DNA of 64,000 bases from Geosiphon pyriformis uo1. Its lineage: Eukaryota > Fungi > Glomeromycota. Location of the stretch: positions 200,758 to 264,757 of the forward strand of contig JAAOMT010000446.1 in NCBI GenBank assembly GCA_016748015.1, in the 5' to 3' direction. Below are positions 49,501 to 63,580 of the stretch, one piece after another. A program made the position numbers and the translations under genes. How positions within the stretch are numbered: the first letter of the stretch is position 1; the number at the start of each line of letters is the position of its first letter. Under the pieces are notes generated by a model. The model did not search any database. It was not told the DNA's origin and was given only the letters and a program-made list of their open reading frames with translations.

Positions 49501-52500
49501 TTTTCCTTAGATTCAATGGTATAAGGCTTTCTTGAATTGTTCTGTAGCAAAACCATCAAATTTCCAGTGTATCCAGAGTCAATTACTCCTTTTTGAATGC
49601 TTATTCTTTTTTTTGCAAGGCTTGATCACAATGCTATTTGAACCATTATTCCTGGCAGAATTTCAACTGCTATTTTTAGGTCAATTTTGGTAATACTCCT
49701 AGATGGTAACATTGTGGATTGGTCTTCTGGATAATGTAGATCAAATCCAGCATCAGTTGGATGGGCTCTTTCAGGTATTATTCCTAAGTGTCTGTTGTCA
49801 AAGTATTGAATGTTGGTTATCTGTTCTAGGTCAGTATAGACTACAAATTTTTCTGACTTGGGACTGTCAGGTGAGTCTTGTTGATTTATTAATTGATTTT
49901 GAGACTGCTGATTCTCAATTTCCATTTTTTTTTCTAAGTTCTTTCGTCTTGACACTCTTCACAGCACTGATTTTGGCACGGAATAAGACAGTTTTCGCAG
50001 AGGTAAGTGTTGATTTGGGCGAGGTATTGTTCTTGCTCTTGTCAAGTGAAGCATAGTTGTTGGTAGTAGTCTTGGAATTCATCCATTAGGTCAAACATAT
50101 TGTAGCTGGTGACTTTGTTAGCTACTTTGGCTGACTCTTTCCAATGTCGTATTTCTTCAGTGGTTCCTCTTCTTACTTTGGTTTGTGCAGTGTTGTACAA
50201 CTTGTTCTCATTGTGTGGGTAGTGCTGTAGTCTTTTTAACACTCTGTTGAATGCTGTTTCGAATGGCATTCCTCCTCTTACCCAGTCATAGATAAGGATT
50301 GTGTATTGGCAAGTTGCATCACACGTTCTTCCTCTGCCTGGTATGTCATTCCAGTCGCACCCTCTTGGTAACAGTTCTCCACAAGCGAGGCACAGTTCCT
50401 CGTCCCATTTTCCATGTCTTTCTGAGTAACCATATTTTTTTTGTTACAACGATTACAATAGTAGTGGGTGGAGTTTTTTGGGTCTTTGTTTGGTGTACTG
50501 CATACAGTCATAGACAAAAGTTTTTTCTTGCAAACCGAGCATTCTAGCTTTGGTCTACGTCGCTGGTGGTTTCTTCATGAACTTACTTGGTTTCATTTGG
50601 ATTTTTCTTCACTGGTCTATGTTGGTATGGCTAGTAGTCCTGTTTTTTGGTTATTAGCCCAAGAGAGCTGATAGGTTTCGATGGCTGGTAGTGCTGGATT
50701 TTCTTCAAATTTGAAGGTAGGTCTTTGGTTGGTGCTGGGTTTTTGGAAGTGACTACAAGTGGCTGGAATTTTGGTCTGGTGGCCATTATAATTGATCAGA
50801 AGCTCTTAGGTGGTCTAGTCTAGAGTGACATTGGCTTTTGTTAGCCAGTCATTCCCTACTAATGTTTAATATTGTGTAGTATCTATTACTAATACTTTTG
50901 TAGGTATTATTATGCTGTTAATTTCGAAAGGAAATGAGTCAATTTTGCCATGAGGCAGCTTTATACTTCCATTGGCTGTTATGATTTGGGACATTGCTGT
51001 ACGATCAACTTTGAAACCCAGTTGGTTTACTAGTTGAAGCGTTATGATGCTTCCAGCAGATCTGCTGTCTAAGATAAGTTTGATTAGAGTATTGTTTACA
51101 GTGGCTTCTATATACATAGTAGTGATTGGGCATTTTTCATCCAATACTGCTCCACTGAATATAGCCTCGTTTTTCTCTAATTCAAAAGGAAAAATAGCTG
51201 CAAGGCTGCTATTTTTGGTGGCAACTGCTGGTGGTATTGTCTGGCTCAATTTGTTGGAGGAATTTTTGGTTCTGTTTATGTTTCTACTATCATTGTTTCT
51301 GATAATTAGATTTTCTGGTATATTAAGGTAAGTTTGTTGATAATTTTGGTAGTTTAGATTGGTTTGCTGATTGGTTTCAGCACAGTTTGGATTCCTCTAG
51401 ACCAATGCATTCTGGTTCTACATGGGCTGATTTTGGGCCTCGAGATGCCAATTTGGGTTGGCTATTATGGGCTGTTGCTAGTATACTCCTTGATTTTGAT
51501 ACATGGTGGGATATTGGCATGGTATTGGCATGTACTGGTTTCTGGGCATTTGGGGTGGCATGTAGTAATTATTTTCGCATGCTTCCTGTATCATTTGCAT
51601 TCAACATTGACTAATTAAATGTCTTACGTGTTTGCAAAAATGGCAGGTGCGCATTTCTGTTCTGAATTCCTGGCACAATGAGCAATTATTTCAACTGTCG
51701 CTAACTTCCTGGCTGTGTCTTTGGGGTGGTTGATATGTATTTCTTCTCAGATCCGGGATGAAGTAACTTTCTATTTTCTTAGAAAGTTCCTCTCCTAATT
51801 GCATTATTCTTTTTTCTAATGTTTCTGTCTTATTTTTTTCTATTACCATGTTAACTATTTGACTATGGTTAGCTTCTTTCTCAGCTGATTCAAGGGCTCT
51901 GGTGAGCGTAATGGCTTCTGGTAAGGAATTAAGATGGGCAGAGCGTACTCTTCCTAAAATGCTGCTTTTTATTTCTCTAATAAACTGATTTAAAACCTGA
52001 AGATCAGTGTAGTATCCTTGTTCAATTGCTTCAATCTGACAGTGAATTTGATTGAATTGAGCAAAGTATTGGGTGACAGTTTCACCAGTATTTTGCTTGA
52101 TAGTATTGAATTTGTTTTGTAGTTAAATTATGGCATTTGGGTCACTAAAATACTCCAAGAGTGCATTTTTAAATTTGGCAAAGCTCCTGGGTTTTGTTTC
52201 CAGGCTTTGATACTATGAGTTGGCTGTGCCTTTTAGGAAGAAAGGTAATGTTTGAATTGCTCTTTGGTTGTTCCAGTTATTTGTCTGGATGGCTTTTTGT
52301 GCTTCTCTGAGCCACGTGTGCATGTCCATTTCTTTTTCTTCTTCTGAAAAATCTGTTAGTCTTGCAATATATGATGTGGCCATTTTGTTGCCGTTTTCTG
52401 TTGGTGGGCTTATTGGTCTAAGAGAAGGTGGAATGATATTTCCTTGAGTGTTCCTGAAGGTGGCTTTCTTTATATCTGGTTTTTCTTTTTGATCACGAGT

Positions 52501-53300
52501 TTCTTGGTTTCTGGACTAGTTGTTTGTTCCAGTGACTGGTCTTGTGATTGTTTTTTTGCTGGTCTCTTTTTCGGATTCTGATTCAAACTTCTCTTCACAG
52601 TTTTCAAACCCTGTTCCGAATTTTGGCTGAAAAAAAGAGTTTTAGAATAGTGATGAATATTCTCTTGTAATTAGTATGTCTTCCCAGTTATGTTGTTTAA
52701 TTTTATCAGTATAATTAGGAGTTCTTGGCATTTGTGGAGTTGATGTTGATGATGATGCAGCTCCTAATAGAATTTGTATCTTATTTTCTGGTGAAAAATA
52801 GTATAATTTATCTTCTGGTGAATAAATATGTTGTTTCTTTATTGATTAAGTAACAGTTTTCTTTGGTGTTTGAGCAGGTGTTTCTAGTTTTTGCTGGTTA
52901 CTTTCCTGATTAGTTTCTGAATTTTCTTTGGTTTTGTTGACGCATTTCCTAGTGTTTCTTGTAAATATTAGAAAATTTTCATTGGCATATTGCTCAATTT
53001 TTCAATGGATTTTGACAATAGTTGCAGTTATTACTGCTATTTTTTTTGTAGTGTATTGTAATAATTCTTTATACAATCCAAGTTTTGCATTGTGTGGTTC
53101 TTCTTCCTTTCTTATATGATAATTTATTCTGGCATTGATATAATAAGTGAGGGCAGATTCTGCTAGACAACACTCTTCTGGTAATCCAAGATTACTTTGA
53201 TTTTGTGTGTAAATAGCACAGCAGAATTCAAGAACAGTAAGGTTAGAGGTTTTTGTTGCCACTTTTGTCTTTTCCTTTTTAGCAATAAATTATTGCTAAT
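46551..53300 (-). pseudogene. Element C ORF1 polyprotein (N-terminal extension, Gag, CCHC, PR, Cys-rich domain, dUTPase, RT, RNase H), split by solo LTR 48064-49072
   Basis: CHFCKHVRHLISQC; LILDSRSAGSII; AHPTDAGFDL...GFGSTG (49385-49810); FLGHIVG, ATDVFGTGL, ITTDH, NANADCLSRMRHT*. Confidence 0.9.
48064..49072 (-). mobile_element. Solo LTR of family A (variant U3 end, expanded 20-bp array) inside element C
   Basis: tgttacc...ctggtaaca; TSD ACGC/ACAC. Confidence 0.93.
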
Positions 53301-53332
53301 TATTATTTCCTTTTTGATTTTCTTTCCTCATA

Positions 53333-53342
53333 GGAAGCACCA
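53333..53342 (-). other. Primer-binding site of element C (TGGTGCTTCC)
   Basis: 2 nt after the 5' LTR end; shares TGGTGCT with A and B. Confidence 0.72.
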
Positions 53343-53344
53343 AA

Positions 53345-54217
53345 TATTACGGGATGGTTTTTTTGTTATATTTAATTGCCAATATTCTGTTTTAATTGCA
53401 ATCAGTCTTTTGTGAGTTCCTCAATTCTATTTGTGTAATAATGTCACTGTTATACGGAAAGCTTTCTTTTTAATGTCACAATGTAAGTTATTCTTCAATT
53501 TCTGATTGTTGTGTGTGTTTATGTACTCCTTCTCAGAGGCTGAACTGAAATTTACCCACTGTCTGGGGTCTTCTCTGAGGCTATCCTTGCAATTGCCTAA
53601 TGTGTTTCTCTAATCTAGAAACACAGAAGATTAATGGTTTTTAGCACTTTTCCTAATTCTTACAATAAAGCTTTTATCAATTAGTAACAACGTGAATAAT
53701 CTTGATCAAAAATTATTCTTTCAAGGGATTCAGTTGATAAATGATAGTTTTATTCAATAAATAATACAAGTAAGTTTCTTAATACTTTGGGTTGTGATAA
53801 TTCAGTTTTAAATATTCTTTTTCATTTCTTTTTGATTTAAAGATTTCTTGGGATATTTAATTTGAAAGTATGATTTAAAGTGGAGTTTGTTGGATAAAAT
53901 TGGATCTATTGCTTGATAAATTATGATTTTTATTACTTGATTCTCTTTTCTCAATATTAAAACTACTGTATATATACATGTTTGTAGTTCTACAAGAAAA
54001 CATATTGTAATACTTTTTTTTGATATTTCAACCTGGTGTTTGCTGCTATCACCAGTTGGTGTTGGCTGCTATTGTGAACTGGTGCTTGCCACTATTGCAA
54101 GATGATGTTTACTACTATATTAATCATTACTTTTCTAAGATTATTACTGCGCTATATTATGATTGAATAGTTTATATTATTTTTATGATTCTTTTGCTAA
54201 ATTCTTAAACTGTAACA
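53345..54217 (-). repeat. 5' LTR of element C
   Basis: tattacg (G>A)...ctgtaaca followed by TSD ctgt. Confidence 0.92.
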
Positions 54218-57200
54218 CTGTTCTCAAAAAATTACCTAATACATCTGTGGTAATAATGAATAGTTTGCTGTAATCTAAATAGATTAATACTGATGCTTGA
54301 ATAAGCTTTTTTTTAAGATGTTAAAAGCTTTTTGTTGAGCTTCCATTCATTTATATTTTACATTCTTTGCTTGAAGTTGGTGAAATAGTTAACCCAATTT
54401 AGAGAAATTCTGAATAAAGTAACTGTAGTATCTAGCAAATCTCAAGAATGCTCTTAATTTTATAAGATTTGTTGATATTAGAAAGTTTTTAACTATTTTG
54501 ATTTTATCTGAATTTATTTTGATGTTATCTTTGCTTACCACATGTTTCAAAAATTTCAGTTCTGTTTTGTCAAAAAAGCACTTGTTTGTATTTAATTTTA
54601 ATTTGGTTCTTTTTAATTTTTTAAATACTTGTTAAAAATAATAAAGATAATTATCTAATATTTTAGAAAACACATTTGTGTCATCCAAGTAAACTATTAC
54701 TGACTTTTATATTAATCTAATATAAATAATTTCTATTAGCCATTAGAATATGACTGGGGTATTTATTAAGCTAAATAGCATCACATTAAATTCAAAGTTC
54801 TCTTTTTTGGTTGTAAACACTGTCTTTTTTTTGTTAGCTAAGTTTATGGCTATTTGCCAATAATTACTGTCTAAATCTAATGTTAAAAACTATTTTTTTC
54901 CTCCAAATGCATCAAATAGTTCTTAAATCTATGGAATTAGATAGCTTTTTTCATGAGTAATACTGTTGAGCTTTATGTAATTCACACAAAAGTGGATTTT
55001 TCTATTTTTCTTTCAAACTAGTACCACTAGTAATAACTATGAATTTATTGATAGTTGAATTAACCTATTGTTTAATATTTAGTTGATTTCTTGTCAAATA
55101 ATTTTATGGCTTGTTGGTAGTACTCTATATGTTCTTTGTTTTATTGGCATTGTATCTTGAATTGCATATATTGAAGTGAGTTTAAGTTTTTTAAGTTTAT
55201 TTATTTCAATTGTTTTGGTTGAAGCAAATAGCATTTTTTTTATTTATAAATAGTTTGTAATGTAATATCCACATATCTGCACAGTTATAAAAAATCTGGA
55301 ATAATGTTTGGTGGTTAATTCTTAACTTTAGTGCTCAAGTATCTAATGATAGTTTTGCTTAGTATTTTAATAGTGTTTTCAGTTATATTATAGATGAGAA
55401 TTTTAATGTGTTTATAGTTTTAGCTAATATGTAGAAATTGGTGATTTCAATCTTCTCTGATTTACAAATAGTTAGTTCTGCTTTAAAAATTTGAGATTGA
55501 TTTCTCACTTTTTTTATTATTATTGCCATATACTAGTCATATAGTAGAATAAAAACTGATTGATTGGTGAAGATAATTTCTTTCTTATTAATAATTTTTT
55601 TCTCTGCTATATTGACTAGTATATCTATTCTATTTGTTAATCCAAATCCATTTTTTCTTCTAACTGTAATTTCTAATTTTTTTTTTGTTTCTACTGGCAC
55701 TAATTGAACTATTTTCGCCAGAAATAAAAATATTAACTGTGGTATTTTTTGTTTAGTTCAATTATGTATTCTTTTTTTAAATTATTTTGTAGTATTGTAA
55801 TAATATTTCCTATATATTCTGTATCAATTATTCCTTCTCTGATTAATCTCTTTTTTCACTAAACTAGATCTAAATGTTAATTGAACTATTGTTGTTGCCA
55901 GAATTTTTAGTGTTATTTTTAGATCTATATTGGTATGTAAATATAGTTTCAATCTGATGACAGTTTTTTCTGGATATCTGAAATCAAATTTTGTATTAAT
56001 ATTATATACACATTTTGGCATAATATTTTTATCATTATTGTTAAACCATTTAAGTTTTTGCTTCATTAATAGATCTGAAAGTATGATATATTGTTTAGAA
56101 TTGTAATCAAAGTTTGAATTATTGTTGTTATTACCATAGTGAACAAAGTTGAAATTGTTGTTGTTATTATTATCAGAGTCTAAATTGGGCTTAAATTTTA
56201 ATTTTGATTCTACTGCATATTTGCTGATTGGTTTTTTTTTTTCAAAAATCAAATAAATCATGTGTAGTAGTAGATTGTAAATAATATTACAATTATTACA
56301 ATATTGAAAATCACACAAAATTATACAATAGTCACATAGTCAAATATTGAGCTGTTTTAAGTACTGCTCTTGCTCTTCTCTAATGAGTGCTAATTCTTAA
56401 TAGTTTTTGTGGAATTGTTCTAGATCTATAACATTAAGGATAATATCAAAATTTGGGACCCAAACAGTTTTTTGTGTTCTAATAGGTTGTTTTTAATTGT
56501 TTTTATTTCTTTTGGAGATGCATCTTCGATTTTGGTGATTGTTATTAACCAGATTTCATTATTGTTATGTAGACAATTATCCAAATGTTTTATGACTCTT
56601 CTTCAAATACTGTTTATTGGCATTTTTTTTTTACTCAATTGCTGATTAGAATCATGTATTGGCACAATTTATTGCATATTTTTTTATAACCAAAAATATC
56701 ATTCCACATTTCTTTACTTAAAAGAGTTTTTTTACAAACAAAACATAGTTTGTTGTTCTATTTTTCTTGTCTTTTTAGTAATTCAAAATGTTCAAAGATG
56801 TATAAACAAGAGTAGTACTTGGTTGTCATTGGCTATTCTTTATTGTTACCACAACATGTGCCTATTGTTAACAATTTTTTATTACAATTGACACAGATTA
56901 GTTTGAGTTAATAATAGATTAACTGGCTTTAATTGGTAATAATATAAGAAATATATGTAAAGGTGGTTGCTTAGAGCATTTTTTCTTCTCTTTCTTTCTT
57001 TTTTTTTTTTTTTCTTATGTGAGTACTGGTAATAAGTTGTTATAGCTGTTGTTAGCCCAAGAGACTTGGTAAGTTTTCCAGGTAGGTTTTTTTCCCTCAA
57101 ATTTGATTAGTAATAGTTGGATAGTGGCTGCTGGCTTAAAGTGATCACAAGTGGTAGATACTCAAGTTTGCAGACCATTTTTATTAAGCTATAGCTTCTG

Positions 57201-58813
57201 GGTATTTTAGTTAAGCACAGTGTTTGTTTTGAATAACCAGTTATTACTAACTAATGCTTAGTATTGTGTGGTTTTTATTACTAATACTTTGATTGGCACA
57301 AGAATACCATTTACTTCAAAAAAAAAGTTGTTAATTTCACTAATTAGAATCTTTATTGTTTTATTAGCTATTATGATTCTGGTACTAGTAGCATAATCAA
57401 CTCAGCAATCTAATTGATTTATAAGTTTTTATGTAATGATACTGCCTGCTGGACTACTATTAAGAATTAGCTTAATAAGCTGGCCATTAACTTTAGTGTC
57501 AGTATATATTGTGGTAATTGGTTTAGTATTAAGAGCAGTTCTACTAAATAATAGTGTTTTTAATAGAATTTTTATTTTAAAAGAGAATATTGTGGTAAGT
57601 AATTCATTTTCTGTGATTGTTGTTGGTAAAATATTGTTGGTGAGTAGTTAAGTTTGATTGAATTTCTGTTTGTTGAGTTAAGCATCTTTTGGAGTAACAA
57701 GAAGACTTAAATAGTTCTGGATGTTCAGGTTTTGGGTATAGTAATTTTCTAGATTTTGGTGTCATGTTCTCAATAGTTGACTTGATAAGCTAGAAATTGG
57801 TTGGTGTATTATTATTGCTGATCTTCAATTCTGTTAAATCTAAATGGTCCTTAGTCTTTGGTTTTTATTTTAATATAAGTTTTATAATAATATTTGAAAT
57901 AGTTAAAGTTAATAGATAATTTGTGACTGTGGTTAATATATTATCAGTGTTAAAAGTTGATAAATTAGCAGTAAGTATATTGTTTGTTGTGTTATTAAGA
58001 TGTAATAAAATTAATATGAGTCTTGATTTGATTGATAATTCGGAATTTTAATTTGTAAATATTCTTGTTTATCATAATAATAGCAATTATACATTTCTTG
58101 TTACCATTGTTAATTGGTTGATAATGATGGACATAGTTAATTTTGGAGATAATTTGGATTCTTTGGATTATTGTAATGTTATAAAAGTTGATAAATGGCT
58201 TGATTGTTAGCTAAGTATCCTTCTAATTTTTGATTAATAGAATTACTGAATTGCTTCAACTTGGAGTTCAAGTTAAATGGTTTATTCATTACTAGATTAA
58301 CAGTTTAAGCATAGTTGGTTTCCAGTTCAGCCAATTTAAAATTTTGGATATGTATAATTGTGTTTTAAAGTGTTTGTGGGTACAGTAGATGTATGTATTA
58401 TAAAAGACTACTACATAGACCATAAATGAATTGATTTAGAATCTGAAGCACTGTGAAGTAGTTTATATTAATCATTGTATTTGGCACAGATTTCTATAAA
58501 AGCATTATAGATAAGTGGTAACTGCTTCAGTGTCACTTTGTTTAATAGTAGTAAAAGCCATTGCTAAACAATTAATGCTGTTATTATTGCTAAAATATCT
58601 TAAAAATTCAGTTTTGAATTCATTGAAGATTTGAGGTTTCTGAATTAAACTTTGATATCACAAGTTAGTAATATTTTGGAAAAAATATAAGATGGTTTGG
58701 AAAGCCTTGGCATTATCTCAATTATTGATAGTGATGGCTTTAGCAATATTGTTTAACTAAATTTGAATATTGTTTTTCTTATTATTGAATTTTTCTAATT
58801 TGGCAATGGGTGC

Positions 58814-59805
58814 TGTTATCTAAATAAAAAAAGCAATCCAAAGTTATGAAGAAAATGTGACCAAAAACGTGACAACATAAAATAATACAGAATAACATAA
58901 AAAAACACAAAATAATGCATAATAACTTAGGATAACATAATATAAAACTCGATAATATGTTATAACATGAAATAACTAATTGAAATATAAGATAACTAAT
59001 AATAATATAGAAAAATGAAATGATAAAAGAAATAGTGAAACAATAACTAACAAGAACAAAACAATTAAAAAAGCAATCCTATAGAACCAAAAAAATGTAT
59101 AAAAATAAGTAGTTATAGAAGTTAAAAAGACAACCAAAAAAAGAATTAATTTTCTTTCTTTATAACTATTACATCTTATGAAAAATAAAAAATCTATTTA
59201 AAATCTGAAATCATTAATATATAATCATCAACTATTTTGTGTTTTTTTCATATTTATTACTGTTTTATACTTTTGTTCTGGGCCAAATGTTCTTAGCATA
59301 AATATTTTAAACTCTTAATGACTTAAACCAATTGCTTTTGATTATAATGATTGATAATACTAATTTATCTTCTTTTATTTTTTTTTTATTTTTTTTTATT
59401 CTCTCTTGTGAAATGACAACATAGAAAAATTGATTGTCTAAAAATAAACTTCATAATAGTCTGGTAAAAAAAAAAGCTCCACCTAAGTTTGAATATTAAT
59501 ATTATCTTGGTAGCTTATCAAAAGAGCAAAAAAACACTGCCAAACTCTAATAACTGTGCTCATTAGCTTGGAAAAGATAGTTCACATTTATATACAAGAA
59601 GTTAAAACACCATAAAACATTTCTCTATGTTTTATAACCAAAGAACTTTATAAGTAAATTCATATCAATCAAACAAATCTTCATTAACTAATAATACTGA
59701 CACACCAAACAAGCCTACCAAAAAAAAACCATCAAAAACTCTTTAGAAACCCAAATTTTAAGCACCAAATATTACTATCATATTTTACTTAGTTTACCTA
59801 TAACA
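58814..59805 (+). mobile_element. Solo LTR of a further family (E), old copy, inserted at the Gag start of element D
   Basis: TGTTAT...ATAACA termini; ~990 bp; degenerate TSD GTGC/GTAT; 59400-59805 aligns in reverse complement to 63581-63990. Confidence 0.8.
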
Positions 59806-60101
59806 GTATATATAAAAGTTTGGTTTTTTAAACTTAAAATTAATATTATTTTAATTTCTTTATATATTTTTAGCCAAAAATTTTAACAAATTAGTTAGCT
59901 TTGAAATAAAAATTCCAAAATTTTTTTTATATAATTTTATTTTGTTAAAGCTCAATTTTTTTAAAAAAAAATATTATAAATAAAACTTTTTTTTTTTAAT
60001 TTTTTATCTATTTACTTAGCTATAATAAATTATATATATTAATTACTAATATTATATAATTAGCCAGCTTATTTTTAGAATAAGTTGTTAATATAATTAT
60101 T

Positions 60102-60185
60102 GACTTAATTATTAACTTAATTATTAACTTAATTACTAATTTAATTATTGATTAAATTATTAATATAATTATTAATCTAATTATT
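60102..60185. repeat. Tandem array of 7 x 12-bp units (AACTTAATTATT)
   Basis: gacttaattatt aacttaattatt aacttaattact aatttaattatt gattaaattatt aatataattatt aatctaattatt. Confidence 0.7.
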
Positions 60186-61089
60186 AATTTTTTTTAATAG
60201 TATATAAATAAAACTTTTTTAAAACTGTAAAAAAACATTTATACTCAAATTATACTTAGATCGATACAATAATATTAACTCTTTTATTTATTTAATTATT
60301 TTTATTTATATAATTATTAATTTTTATAAAATATATTAAATAAATGTTTATTAAAAAATATAATTAATACTTAATATTAAATTTTAAAAATACCAATATA
60401 AAACATAGAATTATATTAGTATATTATTTTTTATTGACAATATAAATTATTTTTTTATTTTCAGATTTTTTTGTTATCTTTTGAAAAAAATAGTAACTAA
60501 AATATTTATAAAACTGATCTTGTATATTAAATTTTTACTAATTTAATTTATTTATTAAAATTGAATTATTTTTTTGATTATTTTATTATTATACAATATT
60601 GTTTTTTTTTGTTATTTATTAACTTATTAATTTGACTATAACAATATTATTTTGTTATACTTAAAAATATTAATTTTATAATTGCTTTAAGTATATAAAA
60701 AAAAATTTTATGACAATTATTTTTTAATTTATATATATAAATATATGTTTTTAATAAATATTTATTATAATATTACTTTTTACAACAAATTTTTTTGTTT
60801 TGTTTAAATTAAAATTGAATATAAATATAAAATAAATAATTTCTTAATAACTTTAAACTTTTTTATAAATTTTTTATTATTAACAAATTAATATTTTGTA
60901 AATAAAATTTTACAAACTTAAATTTAGTTTTTTTTAAGACAACAAAAAAAAGTTATTTTACATAAAAAAAAAATATATATTATCATTATTTATAATACTA
61001 AAATTAAACTATTTAACTAGTTTTTTTAATAAAAATATATTAAAAATAATAGAAAAAAAACTTTTATTTTTATTTTTAAATTGTTTGAA

Positions 61090-63580
61090 ATTTAATAATT
61101 AATCTAAACTAAGTGTGAATTATGCATTTTTTATACGTGATCAGTCACTTAAGCTAATTAGAACAACACTAAATACCTATATAAACAGAAACAGAATTAC
61201 CAATATCTGAAAAAAATAAACATGACTTCCTAAATCCAAAACCAATAGCAATTTAACTACACTAAAAAAAAACAATAAAAATAGCCTAGAAATTAACTTC
61301 AAAACTGAATTATCACATGGTATTAGCCTATTTTTTTTTATAAAAGCATGATATTTAGTATGGACTAACTAAACTTCTTTCCTAAAAGCAAGACAGAAAT
61401 CATGCACAAAGTCCACAATCTTCTGACTTACAATCTTGGAATCTTCAAAAACAGATACAGTCTTTTGAATCCAATCTTTAAAAACAAAGTCCTTACAAAA
61501 AACTGTATACACTACAACATTTGAAACACAAAAAGACAACAATTGAAACACACATAAAGTAAAGAGAAAAAGACCAAAAAGTGCACACCAAACAGCTGCA
61601 TGAGCATTCAACAAATGACAATAAACAGAATTATCAATCATGCAAGAAAAAACATTATTAGAAGTCTCAACATCATCATAATACAAACACAATATACTAA
61701 AGTAACACTTATCATATAGATACTTTTGCACAGCAACTGGCAATCAACAATACAAAGCTTTTATAAAATACGTGCAAACATTAGTAATAAGTCTATTAGT
61801 GAAACCAATAGCCATATGTAAATTAGAATATTATACCAAAGATGAGCTAGTCCAATTAACATCTAAGAGCAAACTATTATCCAAAATGCCAGACCCAAAA
61901 CCAACCTTCCAGCATGCACAATAAATGGGCTAAAAGATCTCATGAACAAAATGTCTAGAATTACCAGAAATAACACCACTCTCAGCCAAAATACAATGTT
62001 TTTTCAAATCAAGAGAAAGACACCAGAAAAAAAAGAAGCTGCATCAACAAGTGTGTTAGCATGTTTATTATTCAAAATACTCAAATGATCTTTAATTTTA
62101 CACCAACTAACATTTAAATTCTTCTTCTTAATAATGTTTACAATATGCCAATGCTTGATTCAGCACCTATTCTGAAAATTTGGATACACCAGACCCATTT
62201 CCAATTTGCATACATCCAAAACAACTTAACTGTATACAAAAAGACAAACTGAACTAAGAAAAAAGACACACTTAAGAACCAATGCAATAGCCTGCAGCTT
62301 TGCTAAAGTAGAAAATAACAGACCAGAGACCCTAACTCCAAATCCATGTTTACATCTTCAAAAAAAACTGTCACACCAGCCCTTATATTAGAACTCTCCA
62401 GATTCTTCAGAGATCCATCCATATAGACCAAAAGGCTATCAGCCATAACATCTAACAAACAGTTACAAACATGTTTGAACTTACTAGACTCCAAAACACT
62501 TGAAAGTTCAAAACCCCAAAAAAAAAAATCACCAGGAAAAAAAACTACACCATTAAGAAAATTAACAGAAAGTCTAAACCAATTAGAAACAGAGCCACAT
62601 AGATTCAGCTTTTTTCAGCATTTAAAGATTTTCCAATTAAAAATAGTGCTCTTTCAACAACAAAACTACTCCACAAAAACTATGCCATATTGTCAAAGCA
62701 AAGGAAAAAACCTAAAAAACTTAGTTTTACCAAGAACAACTGACATAGAAATTCTATTTTAAAAACAAAAAAAACAGATCATTGGACTATTTAGAGACAA
62801 ATTGTACCTAAAAAAAAATACAAACCACACCTGCTAAAAAGTTATTAGACGAATTGACTTTAATACAAACCAGAAAAATCAAAAGATTAAGCAGATGCCA
62901 GTTCATAACCTGCAAGTCAAGAAACTTGTGTGAAAACAATCAACCCAAAATTCCAACAGAGTTTGCAAAATACACAATAAAAGCCACTTTGCTTTCAACT
63001 TAGACCTGCTCAAAAGTTTTCAAATCATACAATAAAAGATAATAAAGTGCATTACTGAAAAAGTCGAGAAGCAGACCAGATTTTAATTTCAAGCCTTTGC
63101 AAATCAAAGCATCTCACTTTACACACACTCTAATAGGAACAAAGCTGAACTGCATTCTGTAGCTAATAATAGAAAAAAAGACAGCCAACATCAAATATAA
63201 GAACTGTTTATCCAAAATGGCCTTCCTTAAAACAAGATTGGCAAAAAACCTGATATTCAAATGTATCTTAGCCAAACTAGATTTCAACAAATCCTTAATA
63301 AACAAAAAAATATCTAGGTAGTGATGAAACTTTTCTTTCTTGGCAATAGAAATTGGTAAACCACTAATTAACAAAGAAAAACATTCAATTTTGCAATTAA
63401 TAGAAATAACCACTGTCTTATTATTATTAATAAAAATGTTATTGATTCTAAAAAATTCATTAGCAACATTGAAAATGTGTTGTATTGCAGTCTAATTGCT
63501 ACCAACTCAGATTGTATCATTAATAAAAACACCAGCAGCAAAAAAAAATGTCAATTTAGCCTGAAATTCTACATGACCAG
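61090..63580 (-). mobile_element. Non-LTR retrotransposon (LINE-3), 3' part of ORF2 (end of RT, RNase H, Zn domain) and 3' UTR; continues beyond the LTR at 63581
   Basis: GVFINDTI (RT), LVYMDGSLKNL (RNase H), MPVAVQKYLYDK...CLYYDDVETSNNVFSC; homologous to LINE-1 and LINE-2. Confidence 0.85.

Larger units (their letters stand above)
43533..54217 (-). mobile_element. Ty3/Gypsy LTR retrotransposon C, full length, a distinct family with the same architecture as A and B
   Basis: Paired LTRs 43533-44374 and 53345-54217; TSD CTGC/CTGT; PBS TGGTGCTTCC; PPT aaaaggaaggaataa. Confidence 0.93.
40780..58813 (-). mobile_element. Old, heavily decayed Ty3/Gypsy element D (ORF3, IN, RH, RT, dUTPase, Cys-rich domain, PR, Gag), interrupted by element C
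   Basis: LTR end and PPT at 41063-41085; IN AMDYFTKWPE (42534-42743); RNase H rejoins across C (IITTD...LRAVLLQ...HPVAYAS); RT 54400-55100; dUTPase 55630-56040; LILNSSPAGSI 57440-57470; Gag start APIAKLEKF at ~58813. Left boundary approximate; 5' LTR not found. Confidence 0.8.

Noticed and set aside
58814-58840. Polypyrimidine tract plus TTAG as a splice acceptor before the D gag
   Set aside because: Better explained as the terminus of the family-E solo LTR.
59761-59805. agcaccaaatattac as the PBS and 5' LTR start of element D, or as a 36-bp mini-LTR
   Set aside because: The segment aligns with 63581-63635, so it is internal to the family-E LTR; reported as the anti-PBS finding.
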